64,000 nt of DNA from an uncultured Carnobacteriaceae bacterium (GCA_964482685.1 CAYZZA010000001.1:358-64357), one strand, 5' to 3'; shown: positions 38,021-48,580, numbered from the stretch's first letter. Translations and numbers: made by a program. Notes: generated from the sequence alone by a model not told the origin.

Positions 38021-38653
38021 ATGACCATTTTGGAAATTAGGCAAATAGTCACAGGTAGCATCGGACAAAATTGTTACGTCCTGAGTAAACACGGCAAAGG
38101 GCTCATCATTGATCCAGGGGCCGATGCACACGTTATCAAAGAATGCATCGAAGAACTGGCGATTCAGCCATTGGCCATCTTATTGACGCATACACATTAT
38201 GACCACATTGGGGCGCTTGAAGAAATCAGACAAGCCTATGCAATCCCCGTGTACGTCAGCGAACATGAACAAGAATGGCTTGGAGATCCAACCAAGAATC
38301 TTTCGATTCATCATGAGTATCTAGTTCAGGCACATACAGCCGACGTTGAATTTATACCAAATGAACCATATACGATTGGGCCTTTCGTCTTTACGGTTCT
38401 TGAGACCCCTGGACATTCTCCTGGTGGTGTTAGTTTTTACTTTGAAAAGGAAGAAGCTGTTTTTACTGGAGATGCTTTGTTTAAAGGCAGTGTGGGACGT
38501 ACGGATTTACCTGGCAGTGACCCCGACTTATTGATTCCAGCTATTCGCGAAAATCTCTTTACTCTTCCAGATGAAACCCGTGTGTTTCCTGGTCACCGGT
38601 ACGATTCTACCATTATACATGAAAAAGAAACCAATCCTTTTTTCATAAAATAA
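38021..38653 (+). CDS. MBL-fold metallo-hydrolase (glyoxalase II-like)
   Basis: Start trimmed to MTILEIRQIV. Motif HTHYDH (HxHxDH). GHSPG. The SD spacing is poor, so the start is uncertain. Confidence 0.75.
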   Translation: MTILEIRQIVTGSIGQNCYVLSKHGKGLIIDPGADAHVIKECIEELAIQPLAILLTHTHYDHIGALEEIRQAYAIPVYVSEHEQEWLGDPTKNLSIHHEYLVQAHTADVEFIPNEPYTIGPFVFTVLETPGHSPGGVSFYFEKEEAVFTGDALFKGSVGRTDLPGSDPDLLIPAIRENLFTLPDETRVFPGHRYDSTIIHEKETNPFFIK

Positions 38654-38695
38654 GCGGTCTTGTTTATAACTCAGATTGATTTGGAGGAACACACC

Positions 38696-39667
38696 ATGAA
38701 AAAAATACTGCTTTTGCACACCGGAGGAACCATTTCCATGAGTGCGGACCAAACGACTGGAGCGGTAAAACCTAGTTCAGAAAATCCATTGCACAATTAT
38801 CGTTATCTGTTTGATGAGGTAGTCACTCTTCAGTCCGAAGATATTTTCCAATTGCCCTCTCCCCACGTCACCCCTCTGGAAATGAACGTGCTTAAAAAAC
38901 GGATTGAACACGCTCTTATCCAAAGAGAAGCTGACGGCATTGTGGTTACACACGGAACCGATACGCTAGAAGAAACAGCCTATTTTCTAGATGTTACACT
39001 TGAGGCAGATATCCCCATCGTTGTAACCGGTGCGATGCGTCCCGAAGATGAAATTGGCTCCGATGGCTTGATCAATTTGAAAGCAGCCGTTTGGACAGCC
39101 ATGTCTGCTGAAGCAGCCGACAAAGGAGTTTTAGTCGTGATGAATGAAGAAATTCATGCAGCACGATATGTCACGAAAACACATACCACAAATGTTGCAA
39201 CCTTTGCGACACCGACTTTTGGTCCACTTGGTATTCTTTCAAAAAACCAAGTGCTCTTTTTCCAAAAGTTTGTGGAAGCAAATCATTTTCCGGTTGAACA
39301 AATCACCAAAAGAGTTTTTTTACTCAAAGTATATGCTGGAATGGATGGCACCTTATTTGATGCTGTTTATGAAAATCATGCAGATGGTCTTGTTATTGAA
39401 GCATTTGGAGCGGGAAACTTGCCGCCTGCTGTCTTGCCTGCACTCCAACGATTTCTTGATGCTGGTATCCCAGTGGTGCTTGTGTCTCGTGCCTTCAACG
39501 GCATCGCACAAGATATTTACGATTATGAAGGGGGTGGAAAGCAACTCAAAGAATCTGGAGTTATTTTCGCTCCTGGAATGAGTGGGCCAAAAGCACGAAT
39601 CAAACTACTTGTTTTGTTAGAACAAGATGTTACGCATGACGACTTGGTTATCTTTTTTTCAAAATAA
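38696..39667 (+). CDS. ansA: L-asparaginase, type I
   Basis: Start trimmed to MKKILLLHTGGTISM (SD GGAGGA). Motifs TGGT and HGTDTLEETAYFL. Confidence 0.88.
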   Translation: MKKILLLHTGGTISMSADQTTGAVKPSSENPLHNYRYLFDEVVTLQSEDIFQLPSPHVTPLEMNVLKKRIEHALIQREADGIVVTHGTDTLEETAYFLDVTLEADIPIVVTGAMRPEDEIGSDGLINLKAAVWTAMSAEAADKGVLVVMNEEIHAARYVTKTHTTNVATFATPTFGPLGILSKNQVLFFQKFVEANHFPVEQITKRVFLLKVYAGMDGTLFDAVYENHADGLVIEAFGAGNLPPAVLPALQRFLDAGIPVVLVSRAFNGIAQDIYDYEGGGKQLKESGVIFAPGMSGPKARIKLLVLLEQDVTHDDLVIFFSK

Positions 39668-39707
39668 AAAATAGACAAAGGCTTCATTTGCCTTCGTCTA
39701 TTTTTTT
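39665..39707. terminator. Bidirectional terminator
   Basis: ATAGACAAAGG / CCTTCGTCTAT (one mismatch) flanked by an A-run and T7. Confidence 0.7.
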
Positions 39708-39726
39708 GTCTTTGGTGACCACTCTC

Positions 39727-40473
39727 TTAGATTTTTGTCCACTCAAAGCTCGCAGAACAGTGCGTACCTAGTTCTGTTTGAACACGGTGTTCTGACGTAA
39801 TTTCGTACCCTTTTGTAGTATGAGACACTACACATGTTACTTCTTGTCCGTAAAGAAGTTCTTTTTCAAATTTAATATTCCCGGATTTCAGTTCGTGGTT
39901 TGTCATGAACTCTTCCCCTAATCCATCAAACATCCACTCGACATACTTTGAATTATTCACATGGTCGTTTGCATCAATATCAAAATAACGAATGCGATAC
40001 AGATTGTACTGCGCGCATTCCTCTTTTACAAGAGTCGGTTTTGGGATTCGTAGAGGTTTCTTCACTAGAGGGACGTCATACGGAGCCACAATCGCTTCAG
40101 GTATTTGAGTCATTTTTCTTTTTTCAATATCAAGAAGTGCAAAGACCATTGTCAGTTGGACCAATTCTTCCCCTTGCATATTTCGCACGTAAAACTCGCG
40201 ATAGCAAAAATATTTATTGTATTGTTTGACGATGGTTTCGATTTCGATTTCTTCGTCTGTAAGAGGCATCCGATTGACAGAAAACACATGTTGTAAGACA
40301 ATCCACCCGTAGCCCATTTGCCCCATTTTTTCTTCGGTTAAATTTAGAAACTCCCCTTGTTCTCGTGTCACTTGAATCATCACACTCAAAAGCATGGACA
40401 AGGTCATGCGCTGGGTCTTTTCACATTCATAATACAAAACATGATGAGTCATTGAGTAGCTTCTTCGATTCAT
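39727..40473 (-). CDS. Acyl-ACP thioesterase
   Basis: ATG 40473 (SD GAGGGGAAG). Colinear with lactobacillus-type FatA-like thioesterases: YYECE, GYGWIV, YREF, RYFDID.N.HVNN. Confidence 0.82.
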   Translation of the reverse strand: MNRRSYSMTHHVLYYECEKTQRMTLSMLLSVMIQVTREQGEFLNLTEEKMGQMGYGWIVLQHVFSVNRMPLTDEEIEIETIVKQYNKYFCYREFYVRNMQGEELVQLTMVFALLDIEKRKMTQIPEAIVAPYDVPLVKKPLRIPKPTLVKEECAQYNLYRIRYFDIDANDHVNNSKYVEWMFDGLGEEFMTNHELKSGNIKFEKELLYGQEVTCVVSHTTKGYEITSEHRVQTELGTHCSASFEWTKI

Positions 40474-40560
40474 CAACTTCCCCTCACTTCTCTGTTCATT
40501 CCATCTAGCTTACCAGATTTCACACAATGAAACAGACAGAACCTCTTTTATTTTTATCTT

Positions 40561-41457
40561 TTACTCAATCCCTAATATCACAATACCAACCAATATAACA
40601 GCAATCATCAAGTACTGACTCTTTTTTAGTTTTTCTTTTAAGAATATACGAGACAATAAGACCGATACCATGCTATAAGATGAAATCAAAGGAGCGACGA
40701 TGACAGCATTTTGAGCCATCGCATAGACGTAAAAAAACTGCCCAAAGGTTTCAAACCCTGCTGCAAATAAGTTGTCTCCTTGAGTACGAATTTGGATCTT
40801 TTCTTTCTTTACAAAGATCAAATACAAAAAGACAAGGACTGCACAAATAAAGAATGTTAATTCATAGGAAACATTTGCTTGTTGTTCAGTCATGATACCT
40901 GTCAAAAAATACGCGTCAAAAAAAGTTCCTAACGCATCGACCAGTGCGTACAACACAGGCAAAACCAACGCAACAGCGCCTACTCGATAGCGGGACACTT
41001 CTTTTTGATCAACTAAATCTTGGTCGTCCACATCTTGGTTCTCTAAGATCCCAAGCACAACCAATCCAACAGAAATCAAGAAGACAGCCCCAAATTGCAA
41101 AGGGGTCATTTTTTGACCTAAGAAAAAGAAGGTCAACAACGCTGTAATCGCCCCTGACGTATTTTGAACTGGTGAGGCAATGGACAATTCAATGTACCGA
41201 AGCCCCGCGTATCCAATTGCCATAGATAAAATATACATGCTTGAGACGGGTAAATAGTTCAATATGTATACAAAGCGATACGGTTCACTTGACGTTAACA
41301 AAACATAAAAAGCATGAAGCCCCATTACAAGCCCCACCATAATAACTGTTTTCAAATGACTCGTGTCATCGTCGGGTTTGTTCGCTTTTTTATAAAAGAG
41401 ATCGGCTGTCCCCCATGAAAAAATTGATACTAGTGCAAATATAAACCACATAAACAT
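40561..41457 (-). CDS. DMT superfamily (EamA-like) transporter
   Basis: 298 aa, about 10 TM, with two EamA-like halves. Confidence 0.65.
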   Translation of the reverse strand: MFMWFIFALVSIFSWGTADLFYKKANKPDDDTSHLKTVIMVGLVMGLHAFYVLLTSSEPYRFVYILNYLPVSSMYILSMAIGYAGLRYIELSIASPVQNTSGAITALLTFFFLGQKMTPLQFGAVFLISVGLVVLGILENQDVDDQDLVDQKEVSRYRVGAVALVLPVLYALVDALGTFFDAYFLTGIMTEQQANVSYELTFFICAVLVFLYLIFVKKEKIQIRTQGDNLFAAGFETFGQFFYVYAMAQNAVIVAPLISSYSMVSVLLSRIFLKEKLKKSQYLMIAVILVGIVILGIE

Positions 41458-41502
41458 CCATCCCTACTTCATCATTTCTTGTATCTTTTTAGATACTTAT
41501 AG

Positions 41503-41544
41503 AAAAAATCCTCTATTGCTATGTGACATTCCGCAATAGAGGAT
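41503..41544 (-). terminator. Terminator of pepC
   Basis: 12-bp stem ATCCTCTATTGC / GCAATAGAGGAT with T6 on the minus strand. Confidence 0.8.
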
Positions 41545-41593
41545 CTCAACTTATTTAGTTTAACTTTTCACAGGCATCGTTTCAATCTTTTTT

Positions 41594-42931
41594 TTACTGC
41601 ATGTTTGCAAGTGCACCCATTGGATCCCAAGGTTCTAGTTCAATCACAGGTTCTTCCAATGCTTTTAACCATGTTTCAGGAACATATTTTTTATCAACTG
41701 CAACTTGGTAATTGTAGGCATCAAACCATGCATCACTCATAGAAAAAATCCCTTTTTGCCCTACTTTTTCTCCCCAACTATTTTCCACTTTCCAGTTTAT
41801 GGGCTGTCCTTTATCGTCTAAGTCCACCCCAACAAACACCATGGCATGTGTCAATAAGCTGTCCCCATAATCTAGACGTTGAGCTTTTGTTAAATGAAAC
41901 CCATCTCCTAGTGTTTCTTCATAATTAAATACATTTGTATCCATTACACCCAGATCACGGAAAGACATTTTTCCAACGTCACACCCAAACCAAACAGGTT
42001 CTCCAGCTTGAATAGAAGCCACTGCTGCCTCTTTTAAAACCTGGTTGGGTACATTAATATACGTAACCGGCCGGGCTTCTTTGACAGTTCCAAGGTATTT
42101 GACCGTAAACGCACGTCCATAGGGTTTGTCTTCTGTTGGTGCATTCAACAAACTTACCTTTTCTCTCAAGTCCCAACCTACATATTTCTGGAAGAAGGCT
42201 GTCGGAGTCATGTTTTCTAAACGTTGGTAGACATCGTCTCGATCTCTATAGGCATAGGTGAATGTCTCAGGTATGTCTCCCAATGTTTTGACCAATAAGG
42301 AATAAACAAACGATAGCATCGTCTCTTTTTTTGTTGCCAAAGCATCTTTCGTATCTCCCGTTTCGTATCCATTACGCAAAACGAACGCATATTCTCTTAA
42401 TTTAGAGGTCAAAAGTGAGTTTAGAACACTTGTATTCGAAGAATGATACGTTTCAGGCATCACTGCTTTTGGTACCGCACCATATTTTTCTAAGATACCC
42501 GCAAACATATCCCATTGTCCTCCGTCTTGAATCGGATCTTGAAGGAGATGTTGGACGAGTCTGGAATCAAGCGGTTCCTCTGTCGTTTCTAAGATGCTGT
42601 CTAAAAAAAGATTGGATTTTTCCAGTTTGTCCCAAAACAGCGTGTAGTTTTGAGAAAATTCAAATGTATCGACATTTAAGCGATTCATCGTATCCACACG
42701 AGCTGTGTTTAAGGCTGCAAACATCCAGCATCGTCCGGTAGACTTTTGATTGGTGATGTCGCCTTTTTTTGTTTCATCGGAAAAGACAAACGGATGGCGA
42801 CGCGCAGCATTATTGTCTAACGAAGCGGAAGAAAGACCCGCTTTTGCAATCGCTCCTTTAATAACCTGGTTTTCTTTGTTCTCGTTAAATTCTTTCGTAA
42901 AGCGTTGCAACATATCTGGTGTAATCGTCAT
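41594..42931 (-). CDS. pepC: Aminopeptidase C (bleomycin hydrolase family, C1B)
   Basis: Start trimmed to MTITPDML (ATG 42931). Active-site QKSTGRCWMFAALN. 445 aa. Confidence 0.9.
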   Translation of the reverse strand: MTITPDMLQRFTKEFNENKENQVIKGAIAKAGLSSASLDNNAARRHPFVFSDETKKGDITNQKSTGRCWMFAALNTARVDTMNRLNVDTFEFSQNYTLFWDKLEKSNLFLDSILETTEEPLDSRLVQHLLQDPIQDGGQWDMFAGILEKYGAVPKAVMPETYHSSNTSVLNSLLTSKLREYAFVLRNGYETGDTKDALATKKETMLSFVYSLLVKTLGDIPETFTYAYRDRDDVYQRLENMTPTAFFQKYVGWDLREKVSLLNAPTEDKPYGRAFTVKYLGTVKEARPVTYINVPNQVLKEAAVASIQAGEPVWFGCDVGKMSFRDLGVMDTNVFNYEETLGDGFHLTKAQRLDYGDSLLTHAMVFVGVDLDDKGQPINWKVENSWGEKVGQKGIFSMSDAWFDAYNYQVAVDKKYVPETWLKALEEPVIELEPWDPMGALANMQ

Positions 42932-43128
42932 ATGAGTCAAGCCCCTTTCTTTGTTCTCTATCATACTCTTCTCTGCATATGTCTTCAATACATCCTAGTC
43001 TTTTCTTTGAGATTGCTAGAGGTTTAGGAGACTCTAAAAAAAGGAATCCATCTAGTTTTTCACAAAATTGTGCTATACTAAAGACGAAAAAAGTTCCTGG
43101 ATTAGCCAAATTAAAGGAGTGTCTATAC

Positions 43129-44262
43129 ATGAGAAAATCGTCTTATCGAAGTACGTATGCAACAGTCTATGTCAACCGAATTACTGAAAATGTGCGTCTC
43201 ATTAAAGCATCTTTAAAACCTGAAACAAAATTCATGGCTGTTATTAAAGCCGACGGATATGGACATGGAGCTGTCGAGGCAGGAAAAGCTGCCTTGGCAG
43301 GTGGGGCCACACACTTGGCTGTAGCTTTGGTTGAAGAAGCGATAGTCTTGCGTGAGGCGGGTATTGAGGCACCCATCTTGTTGCTGAGTCCTATTGAAGA
43401 GCAAGCCATTTCTGTGGCTATTGAACAGGATTTCATCTTTACCGTTTTCTCAACTGAACTAGCTCACCATCTGATTGCAGAAAAAAAGAAAACAAAAAAA
43501 GACATCCACGTTCACATCAAAGTGGATACCGGTATGGGCCGAATTGGTGTTCGGACAAAAGAAGAAACCCTTGAATTAGTCCGTTTGTTACAAGAAGGTG
43601 GCATTGAACCGGAAGGTATCTTTACGCATTTTGCTGACGCAGATCGTTTGTCTGACTCTTCCTTTACATATGATCAGTATGAAATGTTCATGACGGTCTT
43701 GCGTTACCTTGAAGAAAAAGGCATTCACTTTCCAATTCGTCACTGCGCAAATTCGTCTGCTACTCTTGCATATCCTGACTTACAACTCGATATGGTCCGC
43801 GTGGGTATCGCGATGTTCGGCCTTTTTCCAAGTCTAGAATTTGAGGGCATGTTCCCTCTAAAACCTGTTATGGAATTCAAAACAAAAGCTTTGTACCTAA
43901 AGGAAGTTCCAGAAGGAGAAAACATCAGCTATGGCTTAACGTATACAACTCCTTCTAAACGTGTGATTGCTACGATGCCTGTAGGCTATGCGGATGGTTA
44001 TCCACGTCAACTTTCCGATAAAGGGTTTGTGTCGATCGACAATACTAGAGTGCCAATTGTTGGAAGAGTCTGTATGGACCAGACGATGATTGATGTCACA
44101 GACTTGCCTTCTGTCACATTAGGAGAAGAAATCACGCTGTTTGGTGATACCTTGACTAGTGCCGTTTCAAGTTATGACGTTGGAGAATGGGCAGGAACCA
44201 ATCAATATGACATCCTATGTGGAGTCGGCAAACGCGTACCCCGCGTCTACGTGACCGAATAA
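43129..44262 (+). CDS. alr: Alanine racemase
   Basis: Start trimmed to MRKSSYRSTYA (SD AAGGAG). PLP-lysine motif AVIKADGYGHG. Confidence 0.92.
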   Translation: MRKSSYRSTYATVYVNRITENVRLIKASLKPETKFMAVIKADGYGHGAVEAGKAALAGGATHLAVALVEEAIVLREAGIEAPILLLSPIEEQAISVAIEQDFIFTVFSTELAHHLIAEKKKTKKDIHVHIKVDTGMGRIGVRTKEETLELVRLLQEGGIEPEGIFTHFADADRLSDSSFTYDQYEMFMTVLRYLEEKGIHFPIRHCANSSATLAYPDLQLDMVRVGIAMFGLFPSLEFEGMFPLKPVMEFKTKALYLKEVPEGENISYGLTYTTPSKRVIATMPVGYADGYPRQLSDKGFVSIDNTRVPIVGRVCMDQTMIDVTDLPSVTLGEEITLFGDTLTSAVSSYDVGEWAGTNQYDILCGVGKRVPRVYVTE

Positions 44263-44276
44263 CAGCAACAAAAGTA

Positions 44277-44320
44277 AAAGCACTGTCCTTATTTCACAAA
44301 TAAGGACAGTGCTTTTATTT
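44277..44320 (+). terminator. Terminator of alr
   Basis: 15-bp stem AAAGCACTGTCCTTA / TAAGGACAGTGCTTT followed by a T-rich tail. Confidence 0.85.
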
Positions 44321-44522
44321 ATTTTAACAACTTTCGCTTCTATGGGTAAGATAGAGATCTATCTCTGATGTAAAAAAACCTCTTATCACTCTTGTCTACA
44401 AATAAGCGTTTCACAATACTAGTCATTTAAAGAGCGTTAGTGGAGTTGTCTATAAAACATGTAGGGTCTACTACCTATTTTTACTAAATAGATAGATAGA
44501 CATTTAATCATACTCTTGAGAC

Positions 44523-44548
44523 AAAAAAAAGAAAGGCTTTGCCCTTCT
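44523..44548 (-). terminator. Terminator of the LysM-3D gene
   Basis: AGAAGGGC-aaa-GCCTTTCT on the minus strand, followed by T8. Confidence 0.65.
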
Positions 44549-44573
44549 CGATTTTTATCGGTACATATTACAA

Positions 44574-45428
44574 TCACTGAATAATCGTGACTTCCATTTT
44601 TTTTCGACCAAACTGAATAGCGGATTGTAAATTGGTGATGTGAATGTCTATCCGGTTTCCTTTAATCGCTCCACCAGTATCTCCTGCTATAAATGTACCA
44701 AAACCTGGAACATGCACTTTAGAGCCTAATGGAATCACATTTGGGTCTACCGCAATTACATTTGGATTCTCTCTCAAGTTAATTCCTGTGTACGTATAAT
44801 CACTTAAAGAGGGCTGATTCGTTGAGTAGGCAGTAGCCTCAACGATGAGTGTTTTTCCTTTTATGGCTGATGTTTCTATTTTTTCAGAAGACTCTTCATT
44901 TTTGACTACTTCTTCTTTTGGTTCTTCCTTAGGTTCTTCTTTTGGTTCTTCCTTAGGTTCTTCCTTAGGTTCTTCCTTAGGTTCTTCTTTTTTATTTTCA
45001 ACCGTTTCTTTTACTTCAATCGGAGTGTCCACTTTTGTTACTTCATCTGTTTCCTCACTTACATCATAACTTGACAGTTCATCTTCTTTTTGTACTGTGA
45101 CAACCGTTTGATCTTTTGATAAATGAAGTTTGTTTCCTACGAAAATCAAGTTAGCATCGTGGATACCGTTTAAAGCAGTAAGTTTGTCTACGGAAAAATC
45201 AGTTGCTTGAGCAACAGCCGAAAGAGTGTCACCCCATTGGAATGTATACGTTGTACCCTCTTCTCCTAAAACGTCTAAATCATGTTTGATTTCATCCGCT
45301 GTCCGAGGTGTCCATGTTTCAGCTGAATATTCTTTTGCAGAAGTAATTGTTGGATTGGCTAATAGCAATAGACCAGCAAAAGCAACACTTGCACTTGCTG
45401 TAACTATTTTTTTTGTTCGCTTGTTCAT
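44574..45428 (-). CDS. Secreted LysM plus 3D domain protein (YocH-like architecture)
   Basis: 284 aa. Signal peptide. LysM domain (YTFQWGDTLSAVAQ...LNGI...LIFVGNKLHL). (KEEP)6 linker. C-terminal 3D domain paralogous to 34995-36116. Confidence 0.85.
   Translation of the reverse strand: MNKRTKKIVTASASVAFAGLLLLANPTITSAKEYSAETWTPRTADEIKHDLDVLGEEGTTYTFQWGDTLSAVAQATDFSVDKLTALNGIHDANLIFVGNKLHLSKDQTVVTVQKEDELSSYDVSEETDEVTKVDTPIEVKETVENKKEEPKEEPKEEPKEEPKEEPKEEPKEEVVKNEESSEKIETSAIKGKTLIVEATAYSTNQPSLSDYTYTGINLRENPNVIAVDPNVIPLGSKVHVPGFGTFIAGDTGGAIKGNRIDIHITNLQSAIQFGRKKMEVTIIQ
44919..44990. repeat. Six tandem 12-nt units encoding (KEEP)6
   Basis: ggttcttcctta / ggttcttctttt, 6 units in total, in-frame in the LysM-3D gene. 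Confidence 0.85.
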
Positions 45429-45698
45429 TCTAAATCATGTCTCCTTTTTATATCCAAACGCAACGGGAGGGGGCTAACATACACTTGCCTGTCCATGTAT
45501 AGGCAACATGCTTTCTGAATCAGCAACATAGCTTCTTATGTCTTCGAGTCCTATCTTACCACGCGTTTGTGAACAAAAAAGGCGTTTACAGCTTTTGTTA
45601 CCTCCTCTTATTCTGTTTGTCGTATAAGGTCTTCTATATGACAAATCCGGTTGCTCTGCTTAAAATGTGTCATATTTCCTTTTTTTTACGGGAAGAGC

Positions 45699-45746
45699 AA
45701 AAAAAACGTTTCCCTATTCTATAGAAAGCCTATAGCTAAAGAAACG
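45699..45746 (-). terminator. Terminator downstream of the 606-aa membrane protein gene
   Basis: CGTTTC ... GAAACG with an inner CTATAG hairpin, then T8 on the minus strand. Confidence 0.6.
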
Positions 45747-45785
45747 CTTCTTCTGTTTTCCTTTATGTCATTTGTTTCACCGTTG

Positions 45786-47597
45786 TCATTTAATCTGAAT
45801 CACAAGATAGAAATCCCCCATATACATCTCTTCGTATAAAGAAACAGAAGTAAAAATAATGCGGATAAGAGATTCTTCGGTTTCATTGTCTATTGTAGCT
45901 TCTTCTAAAGACAGTTCGCTATTTACAGAATCTACTCGATTAATCACGGTTTGATATTGTTCCGTAAGTGAGACTGTTTGTAAAACCTTGTCAGTTTGAT
46001 CTTTCAAGATGATCATTTTATCTTTTGTTTCCGTTAACTCTTCTTCAAGACGGTATGTCTTTCCTTCTACCTCAAAAGACACAGAGCCATTTGGTAAAAA
46101 CACACTGTTTTCTCCTTCGGTGCTGCCTTGATCGTAAATTTGTAAAAGATAGTGAAAGTCTTCCACATTCAATTCAAGTGGACCCATCAAATACAAATTC
46201 ACATATGTTTCTTCTGTGAATGGGTCATCACTCGAATTGACAGTTCGATCAAAACCAAAAAGAGTAGAAAATTCATTACCCGATAAAACAGCTTGGTTAA
46301 TGCCGGTTACCTTTTTGAGGCTATCAATTTCTTCTAGATAACTAATGGATCTTGAGATGGTGGCTTTATCTTCAGGTGAGACAGATTCATTTTTGAGAAT
46401 GGTTGTGTCTGTTAGCATATTGTTTCGTTCAAGCGTGTCATATAGTTTGGTCAGTTGGTATTGTCGTCCCACCGTAAAGCCATCTACTGGAGGGATGATG
46501 GCAATCAAGGACGCAACCAGTGCAATAACAGCCACCCATCCTGTTTTTTTAGAATCCGTGAAGCTGACAACCAGCCCAATAAGCAAAGTAGCCAGACCCG
46601 TTAACAAGACAAAATATCTCCCGTGTGTAAGCCCGATTGATTGCATCCGTCGAAAAGATGCGTACAATTGAAAAGCCATCACAACAATCAATAGCTTTGG
46701 AAAAATCTTTCGAAATAAAACCGCAATCTTTGTCTCAATCGTACACGCGAGCAAATAAATCAACACGCCCGTAATTGAGTACGACAACAAGAGTGATTCT
46801 ACAATTGGATCCGACCAAAAGTTTTGTCCAATGTTCGTAGCAAAATACAAGATGAGCACAAAGGTATACACAACAAGCAATGGGATGACAATATAGCTAA
46901 GGAGGACTTCCAGACTACGCGGTGCAGCAATGGCCATTTCCATCTTTTTCGTATCTTTTTCACGTAAACGCATATCTTTGTCTGGTTCTCCCATACCTGG
47001 ATACCAAGGAATAAACGATAAAAAGAACAAAGGAGCCAATAGTGAAAAGTTTATATTTAACACATGGCTATACAAACGATCTGGAATAGAAACAAGCAGA
47101 CGATCCACCGCAAACAAGAGGGCACTTGTGCCAACCAATGTCACGAGTGAAAATAAATTGGCTAAGAAAAAAGCCTTTAGACCAGCCAGCAAGGTTTCAT
47201 GAAAATAAACGTTGTTCTTGATTGAAGGAACCCAAAAAAAGGCAAGTACAATGGTTCCAAAAAAGACCCCAGTCCGAATTGCTAATGGGAGATATTCAAG
47301 TGAATAGGAACGGGTGAGTACATAATAAATTCCAACACTTCCTAAGCTGATTGCTTGAAGCCCTATTCGTATCAATGTGTTATCAAAAAAACGTTCATAT
47401 ACAAGCTCAAAAAACACACTTAAGAATACACCGATTAGGAGAGAGACCATCCATCGGTCAAATCGTGTAGCATCTGTTTGAATCGACCATGCGTTTAAAG
47501 AAGCAAATGCAACTAAAAGCGCAATCGTAAATGGAAAGCGTTCTAAAGAAGTTTGAATTCCTTTGATAAAAGGCTGTACTTTCTCTGTCCATTTCAT
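45786..47597 (-). CDS. Polytopic membrane protein with a C-terminal soluble domain (possibly DUF4153)
   Basis: ATG 47597 (SD AAGGG). About 11 hydrophobic segments, followed by a hydrophilic C-terminal region of about 200 aa. Confidence 0.5.
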   Translation of the reverse strand: MKWTEKVQPFIKGIQTSLERFPFTIALLVAFASLNAWSIQTDATRFDRWMVSLLIGVFLSVFFELVYERFFDNTLIRIGLQAISLGSVGIYYVLTRSYSLEYLPLAIRTGVFFGTIVLAFFWVPSIKNNVYFHETLLAGLKAFFLANLFSLVTLVGTSALLFAVDRLLVSIPDRLYSHVLNINFSLLAPLFFLSFIPWYPGMGEPDKDMRLREKDTKKMEMAIAAPRSLEVLLSYIVIPLLVVYTFVLILYFATNIGQNFWSDPIVESLLLSYSITGVLIYLLACTIETKIAVLFRKIFPKLLIVVMAFQLYASFRRMQSIGLTHGRYFVLLTGLATLLIGLVVSFTDSKKTGWVAVIALVASLIAIIPPVDGFTVGRQYQLTKLYDTLERNNMLTDTTILKNESVSPEDKATISRSISYLEEIDSLKKVTGINQAVLSGNEFSTLFGFDRTVNSSDDPFTEETYVNLYLMGPLELNVEDFHYLLQIYDQGSTEGENSVFLPNGSVSFEVEGKTYRLEEELTETKDKMIILKDQTDKVLQTVSLTEQYQTVINRVDSVNSELSLEEATIDNETEESLIRIIFTSVSLYEEMYMGDFYLVIQIK

Positions 47598-47640
47598 CTG
47601 AATCACCCTTTTTTCGAGCTTTACAGCTCTTATTTTATGT

Positions 47641-48561
47641 TCAGTGTTCGTTTTTATATTTTAGCTCTTTTTCTCTTTTTCTCAATATTTTGTTTTGTTC
47701 GTCGCGCATTTTCGCTTGATCTTCCGGAGATAAATAGGTAAAGCCTTCCCCGGATACTTCTTGCACATCTGAAATAGTCACAAATGCGCGTGTATCAACA
47801 GATTCAATGATTCGCTTAATCGGCATAATTTGTTGTCTATTTATAATGACGTATAATATTTTTTTCTGCTCTTGCGTAAAATGACCTTCGCCATACAAAA
47901 CTGTCATTCCTCGTCCGACTTGTTCCCCAATCTTATCAGCAATTTCTTGGTAATGCTCCGAGATAATAAACACAGACTTCTTTGGATTTAATCCTTCTAA
48001 AACAAAATCCAGTACTTGACTTTGAACAAACAAGTTTATCAATGTCAGAAACGCATTTTCAGGACCTATGATGAATGCACTTGGAAGCACCACACATACA
48101 TCGATCAACAAAAGAGCGGTACTTGTGTTCATACCCAAATACTTCCGCATAATTTGGGCAATAATGTCACTGCCCGCTGTTGTTCCTTCTCCTAACATAA
48201 TGATTCCAATTCCCGTCCCCATTAAAAACCCCGATCCGATTGGAACCAGTAAGGTGTTTTGTGGAATAAACTCATACAGTGGTTTGAAACTGAGAAAAAA
48301 AGTGATAAAGCTGATTGCTACTAGTGTATAGAGTATGGTCTCTTTATCCAAGTATTTATACCCGATAGTCAAAATAAACACATTCAAGATAAATATAGTA
48401 AAACCTGGAGGCACTTTTAACATATACAACAGCAAAAGCGAAAGACCCGTTACGCCTCCTTCCCCTAGTTTGTTCGGTACAGTCAAGCTATTTACCGAAA
48501 TAGAATACAAAAGCGACCCTGCCAAAATATAAAGCAAGTTTGTTGGAATGCTTTTTTTCAT
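47641..48561 (-). CDS. YitT family membrane protein (DUF2179 C-terminal domain)
   Basis: Start trimmed to MKKSIPTN (ATG 48561). N-terminus LGEGGVTGLSLLL and a C-terminal DUF2179-like part (ITISDVQEV pattern). Confidence 0.7.
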   Translation of the reverse strand: MKKSIPTNLLYILAGSLLYSISVNSLTVPNKLGEGGVTGLSLLLLYMLKVPPGFTIFILNVFILTIGYKYLDKETILYTLVAISFITFFLSFKPLYEFIPQNTLLVPIGSGFLMGTGIGIIMLGEGTTAGSDIIAQIMRKYLGMNTSTALLLIDVCVVLPSAFIIGPENAFLTLINLFVQSQVLDFVLEGLNPKKSVFIISEHYQEIADKIGEQVGRGMTVLYGEGHFTQEQKKILYVIINRQQIMPIKRIIESVDTRAFVTISDVQEVSGEGFTYLSPEDQAKMRDEQNKILRKREKELKYKNEH

Positions 48562-48580
48562 TTTTTTCCTTCTTCCTAAT

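Noticed and set aside
45429-45700. A c-di-AMP (ydaO-type) riboswitch upstream of the LysM-3D wall protein gene
   Set aside because: The context would fit, because wall hydrolase genes often carry one. However, the hallmark GGGGACCCA and CCGAACCCG...AGCUAACCUCGUAAGCG blocks are absent. Only a loose resemblance (GTTAGCCCCCTCCCGTTGCG) is present.
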